From the NCBI GenBank assembly GCA_965198005.1, contig CBDAOI010000004.1, positions 2,048,214 through 2,112,213 on the forward strand: a DNA stretch of 64,000 nucleotides, in the 5' to 3' direction. Positions 10,101-18,491 of the stretch are shown in pieces. This DNA comes from Spirochaetia bacterium. Its GTDB lineage: Bacteria; Spirochaetota; Spirochaetia; SZUA-6; Bin103. The notes beneath the pieces are model-generated. The model made no database searches. It was not told the origin of the DNA and saw nothing but the letters and a program-made list of their open reading frames with translations. A program made the position numbers and the translations under genes. The first letter of the stretch is position 1. Every line of letters begins with the position of its first letter.

Positions 10101-10649
10101 GCCGACGAGCTGCAGGCACGGCTCCAGCAGCGGCTGCGGGCACTGAAGCTGGAGGCCCAACTCGCCCCGCTGCCGCCGGTCGTGCTGGGCGGGGTGCTGG
10201 TGATGCCGGCGGGTTTGATCGCGGCCATGGGCGGCCGGAAGACTGAGCCTTCGTCCCGCACCACGGCAGACACCCAGGAGGCCGCCGCTCGGGCGCGCGC
10301 CATCGTCATGGACACCGAGCGTGCCCTCGGCTTCGAACCCACCGACCGCGAATTCGAGCGCCTCGGCTACGACCTCGAGAGCCGCGTCCCCGGCACCGGC
10401 AAGCTGCGCTTCATCGAGGTCAAGGGCCGCATCCACGGCGCCGCCACCATCACCGTGACCCGCAACGAGGTTCTCTACTCGCTCAACCAGCCCGACGACT
10501 ACCGCCTCGCCATCGTCGAGTTCCTGGACGGCGACACCCACCGCGTCCACTACGTCCGCGCACCGTTCCGCCGCGAGCCGGACTTCGGCGTCACCAGCAT
10601 CAACTACTCCTTCACCGACCTCCTCGCCCGCGCCGAGGCCCCATGCTGA
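7110..10649 (+). CDS. SNF2/RapA-family helicase with C-terminal DUF3883 (NO VEIN-type nuclease-like) domain
   Basis: [11 protein letters not shown] (Walker A), IVCDEAHKM (Walker B), [44 protein letters not shown]; C-terminal LGYDLESR...[8 protein letters not shown]. GTG at 7110 is preferred over the track start at 7020. Confidence 0.93.
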   Translation: [1179 protein letters not shown]

Positions 10650-10926
10650 CGCCCCCGTGCCCAGGGTACCCGTGCATGTGGCAGACAGGCGGTCAAGTAA
10701 GGCGTCGATCTGCTCGTCGAAAGATAGGTAACTCTATATTGCAGAGCCAATTAAAGTACAATAGATGGTGTCAAGTTCGGTGTCCTGCAACGCGCCAAGT
10801 TCCGAGATCGTTCCCGGTTGCGAGGCTGCCAACGGCGGGGCGACCACCGCGCACATCAGACGCCGCGCCACTTTGCCTTGACGGTGGGTGGCAATATACT
10901 CGAATACCTTCGAGGATGTGGAGCCG

Positions 10927-11157
10927 ATGAACGATAACGCGCGAGGAACGATCACGTACCTCGACGACGAAGAGCGTGATCTCATCAAGTGGATCGAAAA
11001 CGAGGAGTGGGTTCCCGTAACTGATGTCGAAACAGTTAAAGAGCGGGCTCGTCGGCATGCGATCGCGACTATGCAGCAAGACAAGAGACTCAACTCCGTG
11101 GGACTTGGTCCTAACCTGCCAACAGCACCAGTGTCACTCGATGGCCTCGATCGTTGA
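10927..11157 (+). pseudogene. Truncated CopG/BrnA-like antitoxin
   Basis: YLDDEERDLIKWIENEEWVPV...RHAIATMQQDKRLN resembles the N-terminal half of antitoxins that continue RINIRLS into a ribbon-helix-helix domain. Here the sequence turns unrelated after KRLN. GGAG SD before ATG 10927. Confidence 0.55.
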
Positions 11158-11226
11158 CATGGTTGACTCAAATTGTGGCGGCGTGAAATGGTACAGACGA
11201 TCCGGATCGCCGGCCAAGTGTGCAGC

Positions 11227-12264
11227 ATGACGACACCACAGCCCTCAGACAACCCTTGGATGCGCTCAACCTCGTTCGCCACGATGCTGCGCATACTGCA
11301 CATAGCAGCTGCCTCACCGCATGGCCTGACGTCGAGAGAGATCGACTCGAAGCTACTGGAAACGTTACCCGCTGCCCGACGAAGCATGCCTCCGGCAAGA
11401 ACGACACTCTATCACCATCGTAACACGTTGCTCAAGCTTCAGGCACTGCAGCGACATGGATCCACAATACAACCTAACCGCAGCCATCCAGCAGTGCAGA
11501 GACTACTGGGCCAGCACATTCTGGAAGATGGAGGACTTCACGAGACCGCTCAAGATCAGTTTGCAGATCTGGTGCTGAATAGCCCGGGGTGCCGGGAGCT
11601 GTTCTTTGATCTGTTTCTACCTCGTGGAGATAGCGAGTGCTTATCGGTGCGCGATTTTCGCTACTCTGGACTCCCGGTAATCTGGGTTAGGCAGGATTAT
11701 GGCGGCACTGCCTCTGTGCTTCTGAGGAATGATGTAACGGGTCGCACTCTTCTTTGTGAATCGGAAGTGGCCATCAAGGCTGTACTCTACGGGTTGCGGT
11801 ACTGGGCGCGAGATGAGCTCGCGCTCGTCGACGAGTACTCTCGGGTCGACGGAACCACCATTATGTTTCCGATCACTAGGGTTAGGTCGGTACGCTCAAT
11901 GGTCCATCTGATACTCTCCCTCCGTCACCAAGCTGACGAGTGGACCCTATTCTCCGTGGTGGAACTGATCGAGAGATGCTGCGTGCGTAGACGCCACCCG
12001 ATTGGGACCCTCTTCGAGGCTCTCAGGTGGCTTTCGAACGAATGGCATAGCCACGTTACGCTTATTCCGACCACATTCGCTCTTGCCACGCTCGCCGCCC
12101 GATCTCCGGGAAGAGAGCAGCTTGAACTCCGACGATACTTTCGGAGAACTGATACCGACGCCTATGTGTCCCATGTACGAATCCACCGCGACATTCCGCT
12201 TGATCCGGAACAGGTGAAACATCCACATGTCTACGATACCGCCGCAGCTCCGGCTCACGTTTAA
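11227..12264 (+). CDS. Hypothetical protein with probable N-terminal winged helix; gene 1 of a four-gene cassette
   Basis: ORF open from 11173, start uncertain. MLRILHIAAASPHGLTSREID...RTTLYHHRNTLLKLQAL fits a wHTH pattern. 3' end overlaps the ATPase gene. Confidence 0.6.
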   Translation: MTTPQPSDNPWMRSTSFATMLRILHIAAASPHGLTSREIDSKLLETLPAARRSMPPARTTLYHHRNTLLKLQALQRHGSTIQPNRSHPAVQRLLGQHILEDGGLHETAQDQFADLVLNSPGCRELFFDLFLPRGDSECLSVRDFRYSGLPVIWVRQDYGGTASVLLRNDVTGRTLLCESEVAIKAVLYGLRYWARDELALVDEYSRVDGTTIMFPITRVRSVRSMVHLILSLRHQADEWTLFSVVELIERCCVRRRHPIGTLFEALRWLSNEWHSHVTLIPTTFALATLAARSPGREQLELRRYFRRTDTDAYVSHVRIHRDIPLDPEQVKHPHVYDTAAAPAHV

Positions 12265-13408
12265 CCCGTTCGAGCCGGTTGCGTCCGGCGCACCGCACGG
12301 CAGCGACCTGGCTCCTCCGTTCGGCATTGCAGATGAGGTCCACACGTTGCTCGGCGGGTACCAGTCGGCGCGTGGGGCCAAGGGTGCGACGATAGTAGGA
12401 GAGTATGGGACTGGAAAGACCTGCCTGCTGCATTGGCTGCAGCAGCAAGAGCTTCCGAAGAATCGCATCGTGCCGTTCTATTTTGATAACCCAGGCGTAC
12501 AGTTCTATGATCTTGCGAACGAGTTGCTGCGTCAGATAGGTCGGAAGGACTTTGCTAAGTTCGTGTGGGAACTCGCCAGTCCACATGTTGGAGATCATCA
12601 GCTTGATCTTTTCGAGCGCGGCTTCGAGGCATATGTTCGGGCGTCTCCCCAGCGCAAGCAACGCGCGGACATAACCGCCCAGCTACAGCAAGCGATCGCG
12701 CGGACGGAAGTAACATCTGACGATGAGATAGCATATTGTCTTGCTCGCCTCGTTACCGAGACGGTGAGCAAACCGTACTTCGAATACCGTGATTTTGTAC
12801 CGGCTAACGCCGCCAGCATCGTTGCCGAGCGCGAGGAAGCACGCTACTTCCGTGCGATACTGAAGACGATATCGTCCGGATTGAAAGCGACTGGTATAGC
12901 CTTCTTGATCGATGAGTTCGAGGAAATTGGACTACAGAAAAGGCTCGGCAGACGCGCGGCACATGATTACCTCGCAACGGTTAAGCGGTTGCTGAATATC
13001 GCTGCAGGAGGCGAACCAGCTTTCTGGCTTTTTTTGTCGATGACACCGGAGGCTCATGACACCAGTCGGGAGCTTGAGCCGGCGCTTTTCGAGCGACTTC
13101 AGGCAGGTCTGGAACTGCGGCCGCTGACTGGAAAGGCTGCGTTGGACCTCATGAGGAACAGGATACGCTCAGCTCGAGCGGGGGAGCGGGAGCACGGCAA
13201 GAGTCAGCTGTTCCCGTTCCCAGAGCGCGTTGACTTTCTCCGACCGACTACTTATTCGAACCCGCGCAGGTTGGTCAAGACCTGCTCGTTCGCGATCGCC
13301 GACTCGACTGCGAATACCGCGGTTCCGTTCACCGCTGAATATCTTCAGGCCGTAGAGACGAAACTGTATCCTACCGATTCTCCGAGCGTAGGGAATTCTG
13401 CATCGTGA
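12227..13408 (+). CDS. AAA+/P-loop ATPase; cassette gene 2
   Basis: IVGEYGTGKT (Walker A), AFLIDEFEEI (Walker B), SNPRRLVKTC (sensor-2-like helix). 393 aa. Confidence 0.85.
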   Translation: MSTIPPQLRLTFNPFEPVASGAPHGSDLAPPFGIADEVHTLLGGYQSARGAKGATIVGEYGTGKTCLLHWLQQQELPKNRIVPFYFDNPGVQFYDLANELLRQIGRKDFAKFVWELASPHVGDHQLDLFERGFEAYVRASPQRKQRADITAQLQQAIARTEVTSDDEIAYCLARLVTETVSKPYFEYRDFVPANAASIVAEREEARYFRAILKTISSGLKATGIAFLIDEFEEIGLQKRLGRRAAHDYLATVKRLLNIAAGGEPAFWLFLSMTPEAHDTSRELEPALFERLQAGLELRPLTGKAALDLMRNRIRSARAGEREHGKSQLFPFPERVDFLRPTTYSNPRRLVKTCSFAIADSTANTAVPFTAEYLQAVETKLYPTDSPSVGNSAS

Positions 13409-14157
13409 GTCATGCTTCTTACCACTACAAGAAAGTGGCATTTCTGGACACGAACACAATTCACTACGTGCGACTCTGTTTGAGCTACGCACAAGAGCGT
13501 GTCCTGCACCCGTTCGGTCCGGCATCGACAAGTAGCTGGGACGACCTTAATCCGAGCATCCGCACGTTGTCCAGAGGCCTTCGACAGCATCTTAAGATTG
13601 GAATCAAGGTCCTCCAGTTCCTCGAACACAGAGGTGTGGACGTCAAATACTCCCGGATCTCAGAGATCGAATTAATTGCCGGCATGATTCGTGGCAAAGC
13701 AATTGAGAGCGCTGCTCGCGACGAGGTCCCGCACCGCATGCTGACCAGGATGCCGGAATCCGAAATCGCCGACCGAGTGAGCGAACAGGATCTGAGTCAG
13801 GTAGGCGCTGCCCTTGATGAACTCCCGTCGCTACTGGACGCGTTGAATATTACGATCACTGCGACGGACAGAAATAGGGAATCTGATGTACTGGGACTCG
13901 CAGCGAGGATCGCCCGGTTGCGCTATCTCGAACCGGTGGATGTCGTCATCTACGCCGAGGCGGTGCTAGCTCAGGCCGACTACTTGATTACCAGCGATGG
14001 CTATCTGCGTACGGTCACGAATGACATTCGAAACACCAAAAGGGCTCCGTTCGGCAATATCCGTACCCAGGTGATCCAAATCGCAGCAGATGCCCTACTC
14101 CAGGAACCCGGTAGTGTGATCCTGCCGGATGCACCAAAGAAGCTCGTTAGGAGCTGA
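13405..14157 (+). CDS. PIN-domain nuclease; cassette gene 3
   Basis: VAFLDTN at the N-terminus, SEIEL, EPVDVVIYAEA, YLITSDGYL supply the PIN acidic tetrad. GTGA overlap with the ATPase gene. Confidence 0.78.
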   Translation: MSHASYHYKKVAFLDTNTIHYVRLCLSYAQERVLHPFGPASTSSWDDLNPSIRTLSRGLRQHLKIGIKVLQFLEHRGVDVKYSRISEIELIAGMIRGKAIESAARDEVPHRMLTRMPESEIADRVSEQDLSQVGAALDELPSLLDALNITITATDRNRESDVLGLAARIARLRYLEPVDVVIYAEAVLAQADYLITSDGYLRTVTNDIRNTKRAPFGNIRTQVIQIAADALLQEPGSVILPDAPKKLVRS

Positions 14158-15388
14158 TCTCGACTTCAGCGTGGCATATCATGTCGTCGAATACCCGGCA
14201 GCGAGGCGTTGGGTAACACCTCAGACAGCCCGCGCACAACCGGTCCACCGATGGTACCTGTTCCCGCATAGTTTCACCGGCGATCTCGTGCACGCTCTCG
14301 TCGATGAATGGGGTCTGAGTAACCACGATCGGATTCTCGACCCGTTCGTTGGCGCAGGGACGACATTGGTCAGTGCCAGGGAGCGTAACGTGTCAGCGTT
14401 TGGCTATGACATATCGCCACTTGCGGTTCTGATTGCTAACACCAAGACATCGAGATATTCCGAGGAGCGCCTCGCCACGTGCTGGCGCTCTCTCTTGGCA
14501 TCTCAAGGCCTATTCGACGATAGGGTCTCCGTAGATGTTGCTGATTTGGTTCGTCGGGCGCTTCCCGACGGACGACTGGAGGCGTTTCAGTCTCTCCACA
14601 ATTGCATCATGGAACTTGACGGTGCTTCGCCCGAACGCGACTTCTTTCGGCTGGCGTTGCTTGCCATACTCCCTCAATTCAGTGCGACTGCTGCAAATGG
14701 AGGGTGGCTGCGATGGAGGGTGGCCGGTCTTCCTGCCGAGCAGGTCGTCCATGCGTTTGCCGAACGGGTAAGGATGATGCTGGCTGAAGTCGAGCATTAC
14801 CGGCGACCAGTGACGGGCACTTGGAGCGCAGCCCTCGCCGATGCCCGCGACCTGCCGGATGCGGAGGCCACCTACTCGGCAGTCATCACCTCGCCACCGT
14901 ATCCTAACCGACACGACTACACTCGGGTCTTCGGTGTAGAGCTGATGTTCGCGTTCCTGAGCTCGGAGGAAACGCGACAACTTCGCCATCGTAGTTTCCA
15001 TTCTCATCCGGAAGCCCGTCCAAGTCGTGGTAATGCACCGGAGTACGACTCTCCACGGCGTCTGGAAAGGGACTTGCACCTGTTTGGCGACGCTCGGATC
15101 CAACGGATGCTGCGCGGGTATTTCCTGGATATGTATCTGTGCTTGCGCGAGATAAGGCGAGTATGTCGCGTCGGCGCCAGAATTGCCTTGGTAGTCGGCA
15201 ACGTACGGTATAGAGGCCACCCGATCATGGTAGATGAGCTGACCGCTGAGGTTGGTGAGCAGGCCGGATTGAGCTGTCGTGAGATCCGTGTGGCACGATG
15301 GCGGGGGAACAGCGCGCAGCAGATGGGCCGGTTTGGCCGCACGGCATCGCGCGAGAGCCTGGTTGTGTTTGAGAACGACGGGGCGTAA
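14129..15388 (+). CDS. Amino-DNA methyltransferase, probably N4-cytosine (BsoBI/AvaI-like); cassette gene 4
   Basis: VHRWYLFPHSF, ILDPFVGAGTT (SAM-binding), VITSPPYPNRHDYTR (SPPY catalytic motif), ALVVGNVRY, SRESLVVF. Start uncertain (14129 or a nearby GTG). Confidence 0.85.
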   Translation: MHQRSSLGADLDFSVAYHVVEYPAARRWVTPQTARAQPVHRWYLFPHSFTGDLVHALVDEWGLSNHDRILDPFVGAGTTLVSARERNVSAFGYDISPLAVLIANTKTSRYSEERLATCWRSLLASQGLFDDRVSVDVADLVRRALPDGRLEAFQSLHNCIMELDGASPERDFFRLALLAILPQFSATAANGGWLRWRVAGLPAEQVVHAFAERVRMMLAEVEHYRRPVTGTWSAALADARDLPDAEATYSAVITSPPYPNRHDYTRVFGVELMFAFLSSEETRQLRHRSFHSHPEARPSRGNAPEYDSPRRLERDLHLFGDARIQRMLRGYFLDMYLCLREIRRVCRVGARIALVVGNVRYRGHPIMVDELTAEVGEQAGLSCREIRVARWRGNSAQQMGRFGRTASRESLVVFENDGA

Positions 15389-15397
15389 CAAAGCGAA

Positions 15398-15453
15398 GCG
15401 GCTCTCGATGTCGTAGCCGAGGCGCTCGACTTGCGGGCGGTGGGCTCGAAGCC
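15398..15453 (-). repeat. Inverted near-copy of the helicase DUF3883 coding sequence
   Basis: Reverse complement ggcttcgagcccaccgcccgcaagtcgagcgcctcggctacgacatcgagagccgc matches 10329-10385 ggcttcgaacccaccgaccgcgaattcgagcgcctcggctacgacctcgagagccgc with 5 differences in 57 nt. Confidence 0.85.
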
Positions 15454-15715
15454 CGGGCTGCCTTCCATAGTCCTCTCGGTGCACGAGTCCGTTGCCGCGC
15501 TCTGGCCGGCGTCAGGCCGCAGCGGGGTGCAACGCGTGCGGCGCTCCGCGCCCGACCGCCGCAGCAGGGGGAGGGGCGAACGCATGTGCCATAGCCGCTG
15601 TGGGCCATTGCTCACCTGCGCGTTGCCATGCTCGTCGCAACACCCCCGTACGCCGGTCGTCTGTCACGCCACGTCGGTCGACTGGCTGCTCGGTGTGGCC
15701 AGGCCATTATATTAG

Positions 15716-15750
15716 TTTACAAACGATGGCCAGAGGTGCTATACTGTAAA
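15716..15750 (+). promoter_or_regulatory. Sigma70-type promoter overlapped by an inverted repeat
   Basis: TTTACA (15716-15721), 18-nt spacer, TGc-TATACT (15740-15745). TTTACA and TGTAAA (15745-15750) form an inverted pair. GAGGAGG SD at about 15758-15764, ATG at 15773. Confidence 0.7.
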
Positions 15751-15772
15751 TCGTCCGAGGAGGGGACCGGTC

Positions 15773-16867
15773 ATGGTTGGGAGAAGGCTCAAACTCGCTC
15801 GCGCGGCTACTGGGCTGTCCCTGCGCGGGCTGGAACGGCGAATCGGCGGCCGCGTGACGGCCCAGGCGATAGGAAAATATGAGCGCGATGAATCGATGCC
15901 GAGTTCCGGGGTTCTCATTGCGTTGGTGGAAGCGCTGGGCGTATCCGTCGAGTACCTGGTGAGTGAGCAGCACCTTGTACTCGAAACGGTCGAGTTCAGG
16001 AAGAAGACGATCTCGCGCAAACGCGACGAGGCGCGAGTGCAAGCCCGGGTGGTGGACATGATGGAGCGCTATCTTACCGTTGAGCAGGTACTTGCTCTAC
16101 CGAGCGTCGCTTGGGCAAGGCCCCGTGAGGCGCCCTATCCCGTGGTCGGCGACCTGACGGGTGCCGAGCGAGCAGCCCGCAGCCTGCGCCGACACTGGGA
16201 TCTTGGACGAAAACCGATCGCAAGCATGGTTGAGTTGCTGGAGGAGTCCGGTATCAAGGTTCTGGCATCCGAGCTCACCGACATTGCGGGCCTGACCGCG
16301 TACGCGCGTTTGGGTGATAGACAGGTCGAACCGTTTATCGTGCTAAACGGACAGCACTCGGGAGAGCGGCAACGTTTCACGCTGGCCCACGAACTCGGAC
16401 ACTTGGTGCTCGCCGTGGATGCCGACATCAATGCGGAGAAGGCGGCTCATCGCTTCGCAGCCGCCTTCCTCATGCCGCCCGACGCCCTGCGGATGGAGAT
16501 CGGCGCCCGCCGCACCTCCATTGGATGGAGCGAGCTGCTCAGCCTGAAGCGCGTGTTCGGGGTCAGCGTGCAGGCACTCGTGTATCGCTGCCGCGACCTC
16601 GCCATCATCAGCGAGGCGTTGTACCGGCGCCTGTTTCGAGAAATGTCGCGGCTTGGCTGGAGAACCCCACCCTACACCGAGCCGCACCCGATCCCAGTGG
16701 AGGAGCCCACCCGGTTCGTGCGGCTATGCCTGCGCGCCATGGCCGAGAACGTCATCTCCGAGCGCAAGGCCGCCGAGTTGCTTGATATGTCGGTCCACGA
16801 TTTGAACCGTAGTATCGCGACGCCCCCTGAGGTAGTGGACGCCGTCCGAGCAATGGTAGGGACTTGA
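15773..16867 (+). CDS. XRE-family HTH fused to ImmA/IrrE (peptidase M78) metallopeptidase
   Basis: RLKLARAATGLSLRGLE...AIGKYERDESMP (XRE HTH); RQRFTLAHELGHLVL (HExxH); AHRFAAAFLMP. Confidence 0.92.
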   Translation: MVGRRLKLARAATGLSLRGLERRIGGRVTAQAIGKYERDESMPSSGVLIALVEALGVSVEYLVSEQHLVLETVEFRKKTISRKRDEARVQARVVDMMERYLTVEQVLALPSVAWARPREAPYPVVGDLTGAERAARSLRRHWDLGRKPIASMVELLEESGIKVLASELTDIAGLTAYARLGDRQVEPFIVLNGQHSGERQRFTLAHELGHLVLAVDADINAEKAAHRFAAAFLMPPDALRMEIGARRTSIGWSELLSLKRVFGVSVQALVYRCRDLAIISEALYRRLFREMSRLGWRTPPYTEPHPIPVEEPTRFVRLCLRAMAENVISERKAAELLDMSVHDLNRSIATPPEVVDAVRAMVGT

Positions 16868-16934
16868 TGACTATCCGTTCGCAGATTATCGAACCGACGT
16901 TGCTCGTCCACCTGGTATACCTTGGAACTCGCCA

Positions 16935-18491
16935 ATGAAACAGAGCAAAGACAGTATCAGTCAACAAGCAATAGAATGGTCGATACTGCACCTTCAAAAG
17001 CACGGCGACACGGATATTTTTCCAAAGCCATTTGAGTACACAGCAGTGGGAGATCAGGCCATCCGTGAACATGTAGCGAAAGTTGATCTCGCATGTTACA
17101 AGACGAGAGATGCGCGGATGATTCTCGTGCCGAAAGCGGGATATGGGTTTCGTGTGAGCCATCAGCTCGATCCTATCGACTCAATCGTCTACACGGCATC
17201 AGTATATGAGATCAGCAAAGATATTGAGCGTTGGAGAGTACCAGTCGACGAGCGTATTGCATGTTCCTATCGGATACAACCTACGGACGATGGTGATTTC
17301 TTCCCGCGTGATAACGGATGGTCAAGCTACTACGAGCAGTCCTCCATGCTCGCCAATATTCATCGATACGTTCTGCACATCGACGTTGCCGCATTCTATA
17401 ACCAGATCTATCATCACCGACTTCAAGGAGCGCTTGACGAAGCTGGAATATCTCTAGAACGGTCGAAGAACATTGAACGATTCCTAGGTAGTTTAACGGC
17501 AAGACAGTCTCAGGGTATACCGATCGGTCCTGCAGCGTCTCATGTTCTCGCGGAAGCATGCTTGAACGACGTGGACCGATCTCTGAAGGATAAGGGATAC
17601 AACTTCACGCGCTATGTCGATAATATCCGGATGTTTTTTAGCGATCGACGGACATCCTGGAATGCGCTGCATCATGTTACTCAGTATCTCTACACGGCTC
17701 ACCGGTTATCCATTCAGGACTCGAAGACACAATTCGAGGCAGCGACGGAGTTCAAGTCGGAACGATTGGAAGATCCGCAATTCCGGGAAGATCAACAGAA
17801 GGAGCGAGCACTAGACGATCTCATTAGCGAGATGCGGGAGGCGAGCGGATACGAGGACATCGGGATTCACGATCTGGGAGAAGATGCTGACAAGGAGTTG
17901 CGCAGGGTCTTGGAGGAGCTGTTTCGCGAGGCGATTGATCATACACCGGTGAAGTTTGGCATGATACGACACGTGCTGCGCAGAGCGAAGTCGATGCGAT
18001 CGCGTGTGCTGCATCCTGGAGTGCTTGAGAAACTCGAGAGCCTCATTCCCGTTTTTCGTGACGTTTGTCTCTATCTTATGCACACCTTGCCCACCGATCA
18101 ATGTCGGGCACGCGAAGTGGGTGACAGGCTACTCGAGATCGCGTGCCGGTCGGATTGGTCCTGTGCATTTGTTCAGCTCTGGGTGCTTCACGTACTACAG
18201 GAGAAGCCGCGTGCGGCGAGGTATGAGGATGCTGTCAAACTTGCTCGTTCAGCGGAGAGCGAGTTGGGAATCAGGCCGATGGCGCTGCTCGCGCGGGCCT
18301 TCAAGAAGACCCACTGGGTACGTGGCAAAAAGGAGACCGTGATGGCTTTGTCGCCATGGGATCGACGAGCGGTAATCTACGCGGGACAGATTCTCCCTGC
18401 CAAGGAGAAGAAGATCTGGTTGAATATGATCAAGGAGAAGGGAGATCATTTGGATATAGCGGTGGCTAACTGCCTGCTGTCTTCGAGCTAG
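16935..18491 (+). CDS. Reverse transcriptase of the Abi/unknown-group (DRT-like) class with alpha-helical C-terminus; YVDN active site
   Basis: HGDTDIFP N-terminal motif, VPKAGYGFR, HIDVAAFYNQIYHH, GIPIGPAASHVLAE, RYVDNIRMF, LSIQDSKT. No group II intron X/En domain. 518 aa. Visibly more AT-rich than the core genome. Confidence 0.85.
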   Translation: MKQSKDSISQQAIEWSILHLQKHGDTDIFPKPFEYTAVGDQAIREHVAKVDLACYKTRDARMILVPKAGYGFRVSHQLDPIDSIVYTASVYEISKDIERWRVPVDERIACSYRIQPTDDGDFFPRDNGWSSYYEQSSMLANIHRYVLHIDVAAFYNQIYHHRLQGALDEAGISLERSKNIERFLGSLTARQSQGIPIGPAASHVLAEACLNDVDRSLKDKGYNFTRYVDNIRMFFSDRRTSWNALHHVTQYLYTAHRLSIQDSKTQFEAATEFKSERLEDPQFREDQQKERALDDLISEMREASGYEDIGIHDLGEDADKELRRVLEELFREAIDHTPVKFGMIRHVLRRAKSMRSRVLHPGVLEKLESLIPVFRDVCLYLMHTLPTDQCRAREVGDRLLEIACRSDWSCAFVQLWVLHVLQEKPRAARYEDAVKLARSAESELGIRPMALLARAFKKTHWVRGKKETVMALSPWDRRAVIYAGQILPAKEKKIWLNMIKEKGDHLDIAVANCLLSSS

